Shown: positions 40,467 through 51,677, counted from the first letter of the stretch. The stretch is DNA of 64,000 nucleotides from an uncultured Acidobacteriota bacterium (GCA_963811065.1 CAWEPR010000016.1:19816-83815), one strand, 5' to 3'. Program-made: numbers and translations. The notes: generated by a model not told the origin, from the sequence alone.

Positions 40467-42635
40467 TTAATGATAAGCCGTTGACGTGGCGGTCGCTGAA
40501 TTATCACCGGGGTTCGGATCAGGCGTCGGCGATTCAATCTTCACCGTATTGTTGATGACCGTGCCTTCGATCAGCGTGTCTTTCACGGTCGCAATGATGG
40601 TGACGGTGGCCTGTGCGTTGTTTGCCAGTAAGGGAAACGTAACCGTTTGATTGCTGGCCGCGCCTCCTGTGCAGACGCCGCCGTTGGTTGCCGCGCAGGA
40701 AACGAACGTGAGCGAGTCGGGCAGGTTATTCGTCAGGTTCACGTTATGAACAGTATCCGGCCCCTTGTTCGTGACGGTCGTGATGTAGGTGATGTTCTGG
40801 CCGACTTTCACCGGGTCAGGTGTCGCGCCCTGTTGAATCATCAAATTCCCGGATTGCGCCAGCGGCCAGACCACAGGCACAAGCACCATCACAACGGCGA
40901 AGACCGCCACGGTCAGAATCGAGCCGACTTTGACGAAATCGAAGAAGCGATAATGACCGGGCGTGAAGATCAGCACACAGGCAGGCTCAAGCGGCGTCAG
41001 AAACGAGCAGGACGCGGCATACGTGACCATTACGGCAAACGTCCGTGGATTGAGGCCGAGACTGATGGCGGTCTTGACGGCGATGGGAACGACGACGAGC
41101 GCCGCCGCCTGATTCGACATCGGTTGCGTCAGCGCGACCGTCAGCACGAAGAAGCCAGCGAGCACAGCCAGTCCGCCGTAGCTGCCCACACCCTGCACAA
41201 TCAGATCGGCCAGATACTTATCCGCGCCCGTTTTCTCCAGCGCCGTCCCGAAACTAATCATGCCTGCGATCAGCACTATCAAGCGCCACTCGATGAGGTC
41301 GTAAATCTCCTGCGTACGGATGGCGCGGCTGACGAGCAGGATGAGAACGCCCAGCAGCACGGCCACAGAGAGCGGCACTTGCGGCGGGTGCGTGATGGAG
41401 AAGAAGAGAAAGACGCCGAAGGCCAGGAGCGCCCAGCGACGTTTACTCGCGCGCCCGCGCCGCTCCGACACGTCTTCAAGGAGCAGGAGATTGCCGTCCG
41501 TCGCCAGCCGCTCGACCTGCTCACGTTTGCCCTGCACGAGCAGCACGTCGCCGAAACGCAGAGGCAAGGTGCTGATCTTCGAGAGCAGCGCCACGCCCTG
41601 ACGATTGACCGCCAGCACGGTCAGCTGAAATCGCTGGCGAAATTTCAGCCCTTTCAGCGTGCGCCCGATGAAATCCGAGCCACGCAGCACCATCGCTTCA
41701 AAAAGCTCAACGTCGCCGGATTCCAGCACATTATCGCTCAACTTGAAATCGGCTCTGATCTCGATTCCCGTTTCGTTCTTCACGCGCAGGATGTCTTCAA
41801 TCTTTCCCTGCACCAGCAGGAGGTCTTCCGCCGCTATCCTTTCTGTCGGACTCGGCGCGATGCGTCCCTGCTTGCCGCGCAGGATGCCTATGACCGTCAG
41901 GTCAAGCTCGTCGCCCACGTTTGCCTCGGCCAGCGTCTTGCCGACGAGCGGCGAGTTGGGCAGCACGAGCACTTCAGACATATATTCGCGGATGTGGTAT
42001 TGCTCCGTGAGAGAATCCGCGCCGCCGCGCTTGGGTAGCAGGCGCAAGCCTAAGAGCAACATGTAAAGCAGCCCGACGGCGACAATCGCCACGCCAACGA
42101 GTGTCAACTCGAACATCGAAAACGGCGGCAGGCCATAACGCGTGATCGCACCGCTGACGGCTAAGTTGGTCGAAGTTCCGATGAGCGTGCAGGTGCCGCC
42201 GAGGATTGCGCCGAAGGCGAGCGGCATCATCAGCTTCGAGGGCGGGACGCGCGCGCGCATGCACATCCCCAGGACGACTGGCACGAACATGGCAGTCGTC
42301 GTCGTGTTCTTCAGGAAGGCGGCTGAAGCGGCGGCGACAACCATCACGAGCACGGTCAGGTTAAACTCGCGGCCTCCGGCAATCCTGTGCAGACGACGCC
42401 CTACAATGTCTATGACGCCCGTCTTGACCAGCCCGCCCGTCAGGATAAAGAGGCCGGAGATGGTAATAACGATGTCGTTGCCGAATCCAGCGAATGCCTC
42501 TCCCGCAGTTAAAACGCCCGTGACGACCAGCCCGATAACGAGCAAGATAGTCACGATGTCAATCGGGATGCGTTCCGTCGCAAAGAGGACGACGGCGACA
42601 AACAGCAGGATGATGACAATCGCAACGGGACTCAT
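40467..42635 (-). CDS. SLC13/DASS-type permease with two TrkA-C domains and an unusual C-terminal DUF11-like domain
   Basis: Multi-TM permease halves flank a TrkA-C-like soluble region. The last ~125 aa (DPVKVGQNITYITTVTNKGPDTVHNVNLTNNLPDSLTFVSC...NPGDNSATATS) look like a DUF11 conserved-repeat domain. Confidence 0.7.
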   Translation of the reverse strand: MSPVAIVIILLFVAVVLFATERIPIDIVTILLVIGLVVTGVLTAGEAFAGFGNDIVITISGLFILTGGLVKTGVIDIVGRRLHRIAGGREFNLTVLVMVVAAASAAFLKNTTTTAMFVPVVLGMCMRARVPPSKLMMPLAFGAILGGTCTLIGTSTNLAVSGAITRYGLPPFSMFELTLVGVAIVAVGLLYMLLLGLRLLPKRGGADSLTEQYHIREYMSEVLVLPNSPLVGKTLAEANVGDELDLTVIGILRGKQGRIAPSPTERIAAEDLLLVQGKIEDILRVKNETGIEIRADFKLSDNVLESGDVELFEAMVLRGSDFIGRTLKGLKFRQRFQLTVLAVNRQGVALLSKISTLPLRFGDVLLVQGKREQVERLATDGNLLLLEDVSERRGRASKRRWALLAFGVFLFFSITHPPQVPLSVAVLLGVLILLVSRAIRTQEIYDLIEWRLIVLIAGMISFGTALEKTGADKYLADLIVQGVGSYGGLAVLAGFFVLTVALTQPMSNQAAALVVVPIAVKTAISLGLNPRTFAVMVTYAASCSFLTPLEPACVLIFTPGHYRFFDFVKVGSILTVAVFAVVMVLVPVVWPLAQSGNLMIQQGATPDPVKVGQNITYITTVTNKGPDTVHNVNLTNNLPDSLTFVSCAATNGGVCTGGAASNQTVTFPLLANNAQATVTIIATVKDTLIEGTVINNTVKIESPTPDPNPGDNSATATSTAYH

Positions 42636-42654
42636 AAATAGTCTCTGCTATAAT

Positions 42655-42766
42655 CCGGTTTCCAGTTTTCGGTTTTTAGTTTTCAGTTTTCAGTTTTCAG
42701 AAAGCGACTATAAGCTGAAAACTGAAAACTGGAAACTGTAAACTGGTAATTAATAACTGAAAACTA
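42655..42766. repeat. Heptad-periodic palindromic element, CAGTTTT family, in a divergent promoter region
   Basis: CCGGTTT CCAGTTT TCGGTTT TTAGTTT TCAGTTT TCAGTTT TCAG opposite CTGAAAACTGAAAACTGGAAACTGTAAACTGG, plus an extra AACTGAAAACT at 42756-42766. Confidence 0.9.
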
Positions 42767-42783
42767 TCCAGGAGGGTTTGGTG

Positions 42784-43299
42784 ATGGCAGAGCATTGCAT
42801 TCTGGTGATCGAAGATCAGGAAGACCTGGCAGAGCTTTACGAGTCGTCGCTCAAAAAAGCTGGCTATAACGTGCGAAACGCTTTCACGGGCGAAGAAGGC
42901 ATCGCGGAGTTTCAGGCCAACGGCGCTGACGTGATTTTGCTGGATATGACGCTGCCGGAGATGCACGGCACGCAGGTCTTGCGAGAGATTCGTGGCATCA
43001 ACGCGAGCGTGCCTATCATCGTCGCGTCGGCAGAGACGAGCGAACAACTACGCAAAGAGTGCGAACGGTTAGGCGTTCAGGATTATCTGGCCAAGCCCTT
43101 GAACTACGATGCGATGCTGACGGCTGTCAAGCTTGCTCTTGAATCTCCACCGGAAGAATCCGAACTCATCACGCTGCGCCTTCCGGCACGCGTCGTTCAG
43201 CAACTCACAGAGATTGACACCAATCTCGAACGAGCCATCGCACGATTGATTGAGGAACGCGACCCGAAAGCAAGTAAGGCGAGTGCGGCAAAAGAGTAG
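42784..43299 (+). CDS. Single-domain response regulator (CheY-like receiver) with a short C-terminal extension
   Basis: ILVIEDQEDLAELY...ADVILLDMTLPEMHG...IIVASA...YLAKP. The ATG at 42784 lies 7 nt after GGAGGG. Confidence 0.8.
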   Translation: MAEHCILVIEDQEDLAELYESSLKKAGYNVRNAFTGEEGIAEFQANGADVILLDMTLPEMHGTQVLREIRGINASVPIIVASAETSEQLRKECERLGVQDYLAKPLNYDAMLTAVKLALESPPEESELITLRLPARVVQQLTEIDTNLERAIARLIEERDPKASKASAAKE

Positions 43300-43312
43300 G
43301 GGCGGAGGAGGA

Positions 43313-43386
43313 GTTGCGGATTTTGGCTTGCGGAATGCGGATTGAAAAGATGGGTTCGCTCTTCTTAAAATCCGCATTCCGCAATC
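43313..43386. repeat. Heptad-periodic palindromic element, TGCGGAT family
   Basis: TTGCGGA TTTTGGC TTGCGGA ATGCGGA TT opposite AAAATCCGCATTCCGCAATC. Confidence 0.85.
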
Positions 43387-43389
43387 GAG

Positions 43390-45243
43390 CTACTTTTCGG
43401 CTCTGAAGAGCTGCCATTCGCCGGGGATGCCTGCGAGCTTGTGCCTGCCTTTATCCTCGAATTTGATGCCCGAGCCTGCGACCAAATCCTTGACCGTACT
43501 GGAAACCAGCACCTCACCGGCTGCCGCAACGTTTGCCACCTGAACGCCGATCTCCGCCGCGATGCCTGCGACCTTGCCGTCAATCATGTCGCACTCGCCC
43601 GTGTGCAGCCCCGTTCGCATTTCAACGCCAAGGCGTGAGGCGTATTCATTGATGGCGCAGGCGCAGCGGATGGCGCGTGCCGGGCCGTCGAAGATAGCGA
43701 GCGGCTGTTCTCCGACCATGTCTATGTCGCGTCCTCTGAACCACTCAACCTCTTTTCGGATGTGGGCGCGCAGGCGACCTACGAGTTCGTCCCAGCGCAC
43801 CGCGCCGAGGCGCTCGGCATACTCCTGTGAGCCGACGATGCGAGCGAAGAGAACTGTGGCGAGCACTCTGTCCGGCTCAATCGTGTGGCGCACGCCGGTC
43901 AAAAACTCTTCAACCTCGTCCAGAATCGCGTCCTGATCGCCGACAAAAGGAAGATGATCCACGCCGGGAAGTTCTACATACTTCGCGCCGGGAATTTTCT
44001 CGGCGACGTAGCGGCCTTCTTCGACCTTCAGGCATTGATCTTCCGCGCGGTGCAAGACAAGCGTCGGAACACGGATTGACGGCAACACCTGGCGCACATC
44101 TATCTCCGCGTTCATCTGCGTTAAGGCGAGCGCCGCCCCCGGACTCGCGCCCATTCTGAGGTATGTTGCCCACCACTGGCGAAACTCGTCATCGTCGGCC
44201 ACGCTCGGCGCGCGTTCTTCCACGCCGACAGGGCCTCCCCAGTGCGCGCGAATCTCGTCAAAGAAGTGTTGGCGTTCTTCTGTGGTCGGTGCCCAGGGAT
44301 ATTCGGCGTCGCGGATGCGCTTGGCGTAAGTTCCGATCATCACGAGCGCGAGCGTCTTTTCCGGGTACGTCGCCGCGAAGAGACTACACATCGGGCCGCC
44401 TTCAGAGACTCCGCACAGAGCCGCGCGCTCCGAGCCGACGGCCATCATCACGGCGCGCACATCGTCCATGCGCTGCTCAAGGGTGGGAAGTTCGTTGACA
44501 GGCACGCGGTCGGAGAGTCCCGTTCCGCGTTTGTCGAAAAGGATGAGGCGAGAGAAGGAGGCGAGGCGCAGGAGAAAGCGCGCAAAGGAAGGCTCGCGCC
44601 AGAAATATTCCAGATGCGAGACCCAGCCCATCACAAAGACCAGATCAAGCGGCGCATCGCCGATGACCTGATAGGCTATGTTCACGTCGCCACTTCTCGC
44701 GTACATCGTTTCCGGTGGACGCCCGAAAGGTAGCTCAAATTCTCTTGATGAAGACTCCTGCCTGACGGCGCTTGGCAAGAGATCGATGACAGTGGGCGTG
44801 CTTTGTGTGAAAGGCTGCAACGCCTGTCCGGGTTCATCGTCAGTAATTTCTTCGACGACGATATGAGCGCGCGTGCGCTCGCGGACGATTAAGTCCGTGC
44901 CCTCCTCAATTTTTTCTGTGACATCGGCGACGAAGCGGTAGCCGCGTTTTGGCACGGTCTCAATATATTTCGCTCCATCCACGCCTTCGCTCAGAGCTTT
45001 TCTCAGCGTCGAAATATTCTGCGCGAGATTGTTCTCTTCGACGAAACTGTCAGGCCAGACCTTTTCCAGCAACTCTTCTTTGCCGAGCATGTGGCCGCCG
45101 TTTTCGACCAGAAATAGCAGCGTGTCAAAGACCTTCGGCGTCAGCGGCACGACCGCCTTTTCTTTGAACAGCACGCGCTCGGTCACGTCTATCCGAAAGA
45201 TGCCGAATGCGTAGAAGCGTTTCGCCTGACCTTTCATCATCAC
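43390..45243 (-). CDS. Three-domain regulator: OmpR/CadC-type winged helix, alpha/beta hydrolase, degenerate class III cyclase-homology domain
   Basis: N-terminus LTPKVFDTLLFLVENGGHMLGKEELLEKVWPDSFVEENNLAQNISTLRKAL...VPKRGYRF. The middle has GVSEGG (GxSxG). The C-terminus has LFARIVGS...VGEQPLAIF...RTGLHTGE, cyclase-like but lacking the usual metal-binding Asp residues. Confidence 0.75.
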   Translation of the reverse strand: MMMKGQAKRFYAFGIFRIDVTERVLFKEKAVVPLTPKVFDTLLFLVENGGHMLGKEELLEKVWPDSFVEENNLAQNISTLRKALSEGVDGAKYIETVPKRGYRFVADVTEKIEEGTDLIVRERTRAHIVVEEITDDEPGQALQPFTQSTPTVIDLLPSAVRQESSSREFELPFGRPPETMYARSGDVNIAYQVIGDAPLDLVFVMGWVSHLEYFWREPSFARFLLRLASFSRLILFDKRGTGLSDRVPVNELPTLEQRMDDVRAVMMAVGSERAALCGVSEGGPMCSLFAATYPEKTLALVMIGTYAKRIRDAEYPWAPTTEERQHFFDEIRAHWGGPVGVEERAPSVADDDEFRQWWATYLRMGASPGAALALTQMNAEIDVRQVLPSIRVPTLVLHRAEDQCLKVEEGRYVAEKIPGAKYVELPGVDHLPFVGDQDAILDEVEEFLTGVRHTIEPDRVLATVLFARIVGSQEYAERLGAVRWDELVGRLRAHIRKEVEWFRGRDIDMVGEQPLAIFDGPARAIRCACAINEYASRLGVEMRTGLHTGECDMIDGKVAGIAAEIGVQVANVAAAGEVLVSSTVKDLVAGSGIKFEDKGRHKLAGIPGEWQLFRAEK

Positions 45244-45436
45244 CTTCAGAACTTTTTGAAAAGAATCTCAGGAGAACTTCAGTGTTTCCTAAATACGTCC
45301 CGCGCTGTGTGAGGGTATCGTCCCGCCATGTGGTGAGGGGAAAGTCGAAAGGTTCTCTAAAAATCGCGTCTCCGGGCAAGCGGGCGCTCATTGTAACCCG
45401 AAACGCAGGCGGCGGAAACATCAAGAGACGGCCACG

Positions 45437-45688
45437 ATGAAGAAAAGAATGGAGATTACTGTCGAGATAGACCGCGTGACGCTTGTCAGCAGTCAAAAGT
45501 CTTCGACTCTCTGGTGCGAGGCTTGCGCCGCTTCGGTCAGGATGCTGACGGTCGACGAGGCGGCGGCGGTCGCGGGCGAAAGCTCACGCTCCATCTACCG
45601 GCGCGTCGAGAGCGGACAGCTTCATTTCGCAGAAACGCCGGAGGGTCGTCTCTTTATCTGTCCCAATTCACTTTCCCGGCAATCGTAA
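45437..45688 (+). CDS. Small protein with an excisionase/MerR-like helix-turn-helix
   Basis: 83 aa. LTVDEAAAVAGESSRSIYRRVESGQLHFAETPEGRLFIC resembles HTH_17-type DNA-binding domains. Confidence 0.45.
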   Translation: MKKRMEITVEIDRVTLVSSQKSSTLWCEACAASVRMLTVDEAAAVAGESSRSIYRRVESGQLHFAETPEGRLFICPNSLSRQS

Positions 45689-45867
45689 TAGGAAAACTTT
45701 CTGGCTTAGATTTTTCATAATTGTCTTCGACTTCGGCGCGGCGGGTTGTCCCGGTTACGGGAGACTGGGATGGAGGCGACGTTGACCATCGGCGTTATCA
45801 AAAACTGCTTCTGGTCATTACGCAACGTCAACTCGCCTGCCGCTCCGAAACTTTCCGCCCTTCGCTC

Positions 45868-46902
45868 TCAATTGAACAGCAAAGGCTCAATAGTGGTCGC
45901 GGCTTTCTTCGGCTTGCGCTTTTTCGCCGTCTCAGACTGAGACGAACCCGGATGATGCGCGAGATGTTCGGCGTTTAATCCCAGCTCTCTGAGGTGCGCG
46001 GCAAACTTCGGTGCGCCGTGCATCGTGATGATTCGTTGCGCTCCCGTCGCCCGCGCCAGATGCACCAGCTCGTCGAAGTCTGCATGGTCCGAAAGCGGCA
46101 AAACCAAATCCACGCCCTTGTACATATAAGGCGCGCTTTTGTGCAGCGCCCAGCCCGTCAGCATAATCACGTAGCGCCGCTCAATGTTCGTAATCATCGC
46201 TTGCTTGCGGCAGCCCGGCGGCGTAATCAACACGCGGCCACGCAAATGCTCGCGGTCATATTTTTCATACGGCCCGGAAAACTTCACGCCAAGCTCGCGG
46301 TAAATCTCCGCCATGTTCCAGACAGAGCCGTGCAAAGTCACGCGATAGTCGCGCCTGAGCAATAATTCAAGAGCTTCCTGCCCCTTGCCGAGTGCGTAGG
46401 CCAGCACGACCGGCACACGATCATCAGAGAGAGCGCGGTCAACTGCCGCGTAGAGCCGCTCAAACGTCACGACATCGGGCGGAAAGCGATAGAGAGGATC
46501 GCCAAAGGTTGACTCCATCACGAGCGTATCGCAGGGGACGATGACGGCATCCTCCGCCGTGACGTTCGGGCGCAGCTTGATGTCGCCCGTATAGACGAGC
46601 CGCTCATTGTCCGCTTCGATTAGCACCTGCGCCGAACCCAGACAATGCCCCGCCGGAAAAAAGGTCAAAGCGAAGCGCCCGTAATCGCGTCGCTCGCCAT
46701 AATTAGGCGTCTCCATTGCGGCGTCTCCGCGACGATGACGAAAGATGCGCGCCGTTCCAGGTGTGGCGATGATGGAATGATGCTCGGCGATGTGATCCGA
46801 ATGTCCGTGCGAGATGACACAGCGTTCGCGCGGCCCATCAGCGTCGAGCCACAAATCCAGTTCAGGCAGGTAAAGCCCTTCCTTGTATTCAACTCTTAAC
46901 AA
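45868..46902 (-). CDS. MBL-fold metallo-hydrolase (resembles ligase-associated DNA-damage-response exonuclease)
   Basis: The N-terminal LYLPELDLWLDA...VISHGHSDH and C-terminal LPLSDHADFDELVHLARATGAQRIITMHG resemble that family. No ligase or helicase partner is adjacent. Confidence 0.65.
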   Translation of the reverse strand: MLRVEYKEGLYLPELDLWLDADGPRERCVISHGHSDHIAEHHSIIATPGTARIFRHRRGDAAMETPNYGERRDYGRFALTFFPAGHCLGSAQVLIEADNERLVYTGDIKLRPNVTAEDAVIVPCDTLVMESTFGDPLYRFPPDVVTFERLYAAVDRALSDDRVPVVLAYALGKGQEALELLLRRDYRVTLHGSVWNMAEIYRELGVKFSGPYEKYDREHLRGRVLITPPGCRKQAMITNIERRYVIMLTGWALHKSAPYMYKGVDLVLPLSDHADFDELVHLARATGAQRIITMHGAPKFAAHLRELGLNAEHLAHHPGSSQSETAKKRKPKKAATTIEPLLFN

Positions 46903-47062
46903 AATTCAATTCTCCGGCGGGGACGCTCAAACCAGAAGCGCACTGCGAGAGAGGCACACATTTTGAGCTTGCCGCTGACCCTAAGGTTTCGCTATCTTCG
47001 GGAGATTATTTCAAGGAGAATTATATTACACGCGCGGGAAAGGGAGCTAACGTGAGCGAGCG

Positions 47063-47848
47063 ATGAATTCAAGCGATGAACAGGAAATAAAAGAAGGCAC
47101 GTCTGTGAGCTCATTGATAGACCCGGCAGCGCCGCCAATAGTTCCGCGCCGTCGTGCCCTCCGTCGCCTGTGGCGTGCCGAGACCGTTTACGTTGTAGCG
47201 CTCGGCGTGTTCGCCGTCCTCGCCATCTTCGCCTACCTTGATCCTTACTTCAATTGGGATTTGAGGTTCTCGACCGCTTTCAACTGGAACAGTTTCGCAC
47301 CGCCCGGCCTGTTTCCGCTGCTGAGCTTCATGTCGGTCTTCGGCAACAGTTTTACGCCGTATGCGATGACTGTAGTGGTGGTGATTATCTTTCTCGCGTT
47401 TGGCCGGCGCAGCGAAGCAGCGGGTTTAACCTTGAGCGTGCTTGGAAGCGCGATTATCAACTCGACGCTAAAATTGCTCATCTCGCGCCCTCGCCCTGCT
47501 GTCTCCGCTCTAGTCCCAGTTTATCGCAACACTGCAACGCAGAGCTTTCCTTCCGGGCACGTCACTTTCTACGTCTGCTTCTTCGGTTTCCTCTTTTTTG
47601 TCGCCTATGCGCTGTTGCCACGCGGCTCTGCCTTGCGCCGCCTCGCGCTCACTCTTACAGCCCTGCCTGTCCTGCTCGTCGGACTCTCGCGCATCTATCT
47701 TGGCGCGCACTGGCCTTCGGACACGCTCGGCGCGTACCTGTGGAGCGGAGTCTGGCTCGCGTTTTCTCTCGCGATGTACCGGCGCTGGAAAGAGCGCAGG
47801 ACATTGCACGGGGAGGAGCTTCAGGCGGGAGAGAAATTGCCGGGCTAA
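47063..47848 (+). CDS. PAP2-family membrane phosphatase
   Basis: The KLLISRPRP, PSGH and SRIYLGAHWPSD motifs make up the PAP2 signature. Confidence 0.8.
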   Translation: MNSSDEQEIKEGTSVSSLIDPAAPPIVPRRRALRRLWRAETVYVVALGVFAVLAIFAYLDPYFNWDLRFSTAFNWNSFAPPGLFPLLSFMSVFGNSFTPYAMTVVVVIIFLAFGRRSEAAGLTLSVLGSAIINSTLKLLISRPRPAVSALVPVYRNTATQSFPSGHVTFYVCFFGFLFFVAYALLPRGSALRRLALTLTALPVLLVGLSRIYLGAHWPSDTLGAYLWSGVWLAFSLAMYRRWKERRTLHGEELQAGEKLPG

Positions 47849-47849
47849 A

Positions 47850-48482
47850 TCATTTGCCGTATATCATGTTCATCACAACTGAGAGTGCGAAGATCAGGAA
47901 GATCAAAATATATCTCAGGCCGACTCCCAGCCACGACCAGTTTTGTTTGGAGAAACGCATCCAGAGCGCCGTGATAATTGCCGGAGCCAGACAAACGCCC
48001 AGTAATTCTCCTGTTTTTTCCGCCACTATGTCCGAGTCGGAATCATCGTTATTCAGCTTGAGCAGCAAAAGCGGCAAAAGCAGAATGAACGAAGCAAACA
48101 TATAAATAAATATTTTCGAGTAACCCCGACCTGCTGAGGAAGGCTCTGGCGATTCTGCGTCGCCGCTCCTTTTGAGGTAGCCAGCGATGATGACCGCCAG
48201 CACCATGCCGCCAATGAAGACCGCTGTGAACAGACTTAAAGGTATTGCCGTGCCATGATCCGCAGTGGCACCAAAAGCAAATGCACCTAAGATGAGAGAG
48301 ATAAATGCCCCGACTATATAAACTATCAAAGGCGATCTCTTTTTCCCCGTCGCTTCGCGTCGAGGCGTGGGCGGCGGCGGTGCTGCGCCACGAGAAGCAG
48401 AGAAACTCGCCCCGCAACGCTTACATGTTCCTGTCGCAGCGAAGCTGACGAACCCACACTTCGGACATCTTTTACTACTCAT
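47850..48482 (-). CDS. Membrane protein with an N-terminal zinc ribbon
   Basis: MSSKRCPKCGFVSFAATGTCKRCG followed by about five TM segments. Confidence 0.5.
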   Translation of the reverse strand: MSSKRCPKCGFVSFAATGTCKRCGASFSASRGAAPPPPTPRREATGKKRSPLIVYIVGAFISLILGAFAFGATADHGTAIPLSLFTAVFIGGMVLAVIIAGYLKRSGDAESPEPSSAGRGYSKIFIYMFASFILLLPLLLLKLNNDDSDSDIVAEKTGELLGVCLAPAIITALWMRFSKQNWSWLGVGLRYILIFLIFALSVVMNMIYGK

Positions 48483-48502
48483 CGCAACCCCTCGCTCTAA
48501 GA

Positions 48503-48598
48503 TTAAGATTTATCGTCTACGGCCTGCTTCTTCAGTTCCGGTCTGAGATTCATGTTGCGAATCAGACGGTGAAGATAGTTCGGGTGAACGCCGACGCC
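48503..48598 (-). pseudogene. Orphan 3' remnant of a sigma-54 activator paralog (HTH tail only)
   Basis: The minus-strand translation [31 protein letters not shown] stop matches the C-terminus of the intact activator 800 nt away ([22 protein letters not shown]). There is no upstream coding continuation. Confidence 0.55.
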
Positions 48599-48640
48599 TG
48601 TGATTAAGGGAGTAGCCGAATTAAAGAGAGCAGATAATTC

Positions 48641-49348
48641 CTACTTTCTCTGGCCAGTGGGCGAGAGGCGAAATTCCTTCCCATCGTAGACGTATGTGAT
48701 GGGTGTCCTGGCCCTGGCTAAACGTTTGTCCTCTGCTCCTCCATAAAGGTTGCCGCGACCGCGTATCGTGACGTAATAAGTGTCCTGCTTAAACTCGACG
48801 GTCGTCAGGTTTTCTATGGGGCTATGACCTTGAAATCCGCCTTTGCCGTGAACGGCATCATAAGCAGAAATGTCGCCCAGATATTTTAAGCTCTGCTCCT
48901 TGTATTCAAGCAGATAGTTGCCGCAATAGCCTCCGTCTGCTGCTGCTATGGCGAGGATGATCAGCGTTCTCCCGTTTCCGTTGAAGAAGGTGGGTGTCGG
49001 TATCAGACAGCCCACGTCCGGGTTGACCCTGTTTATTTCGCTAATCGTTTCGCCCTCGCTTTTTAATAGAAGAAAGATGTTCTGCGATTCGCTGTAGTCC
49101 TGAACCAGCGCGAGATAGAGGTTTTCCGCCAGAGGCATCTTGTAGATTTGTGACGTAGATTCATTGAAATGTTCCGACAAATATTTAGTTAAAGCTCGCC
49201 TCTTAGCCAAAGGAATGCTCTTCTCAAAAGCTACACGCTCTTCCGCCGATTTGCTGATTTGCAATTGCGGGTCGTAGCGTCTTAATCGTTCGGGCGGCGG
49301 CAGCGTGGTCAGAAGAGAAAGCGTTATCGCTAGAAATACTGTTTGCAT
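48641..49348 (-). CDS. Hypothetical secreted protein
   Basis: 235-aa ORF with a hydrophobic N-terminus, visibly more A/T-rich than its neighbours. No family recognised. Confidence 0.4.
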   Translation of the reverse strand: MQTVFLAITLSLLTTLPPPERLRRYDPQLQISKSAEERVAFEKSIPLAKRRALTKYLSEHFNESTSQIYKMPLAENLYLALVQDYSESQNIFLLLKSEGETISEINRVNPDVGCLIPTPTFFNGNGRTLIILAIAAADGGYCGNYLLEYKEQSLKYLGDISAYDAVHGKGGFQGHSPIENLTTVEFKQDTYYVTIRGRGNLYGGAEDKRLARARTPITYVYDGKEFRLSPTGQRK

Positions 49349-49408
49349 AGAGAGTCCTCCAATATGTTTTTTACCAAAGCGCTGGGCGAAGGTTTGTGTG
49401 GTCGTTGC

Positions 49409-51325
<1,917 letters not shown>

Positions 51326-51348
51326 ATTTGGAATCCGTAAGGGTAGAG

Positions 51349-51482
51349 CAAACGCCGCGCCGCGTGAGCGGCGAGTGAATTTAGCCCAGACTTTCAAGGC
51401 TGGGAAAGCGGAGCATAAAATCAAATGCGTCGCGTGAGCGACGATTGAACCCATTAATTCTCAACCGTCGTTCACGCGACGC
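51349..51482. repeat. Three copies of a ~22-nt motif (GCGYCGCGTGAGCGRCGAKTGA) upstream of the activator gene; the last two form an inverted repeat
   Basis: Copies lie at 51349-51370 and 51427-51448 (direct) and 51461-51482 (inverted). The last pair matches at 20 of 22 positions with a 12-nt loop. Confidence 0.8.
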
Positions 51483-51661
51483 GCTGGATTTATCCACTTC
51501 AACTAACTTTGTGGATAGCCACTCTATCCGAACAGATAGAGTGTGACTGCCCGCCACATCGAGTTCGTTAACTGCGCTTTTCCTCTCATCGAAGTTCATC
51601 CCATTTTCAATCAAGCAGTTCCGGTTAGCGGCGGTCTATCTCCATCCGTCACGTTCGCCTG

Positions 51662-51677
51662 TGGCACGCCGATAGCA
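51662..51677 (+). promoter_or_regulatory. Candidate sigma-54 (-24/-12) promoter
   Basis: TGGCAC GCCGA TAGCA has GG-N10-GC with a perfect -24 hexamer. It lies about 175 nt upstream of the ATG at 51851 and is divergent from the sigma-54 activator gene. Confidence 0.5.

Noticed and set aside
45721-45978. The 85-aa plus-strand ORF in the gap after the small HTH gene
   Set aside because: It overlaps the 3' end of the MBL-fold gene on the opposite strand. It has no start context and a low-complexity Arg/Leu-rich sequence.
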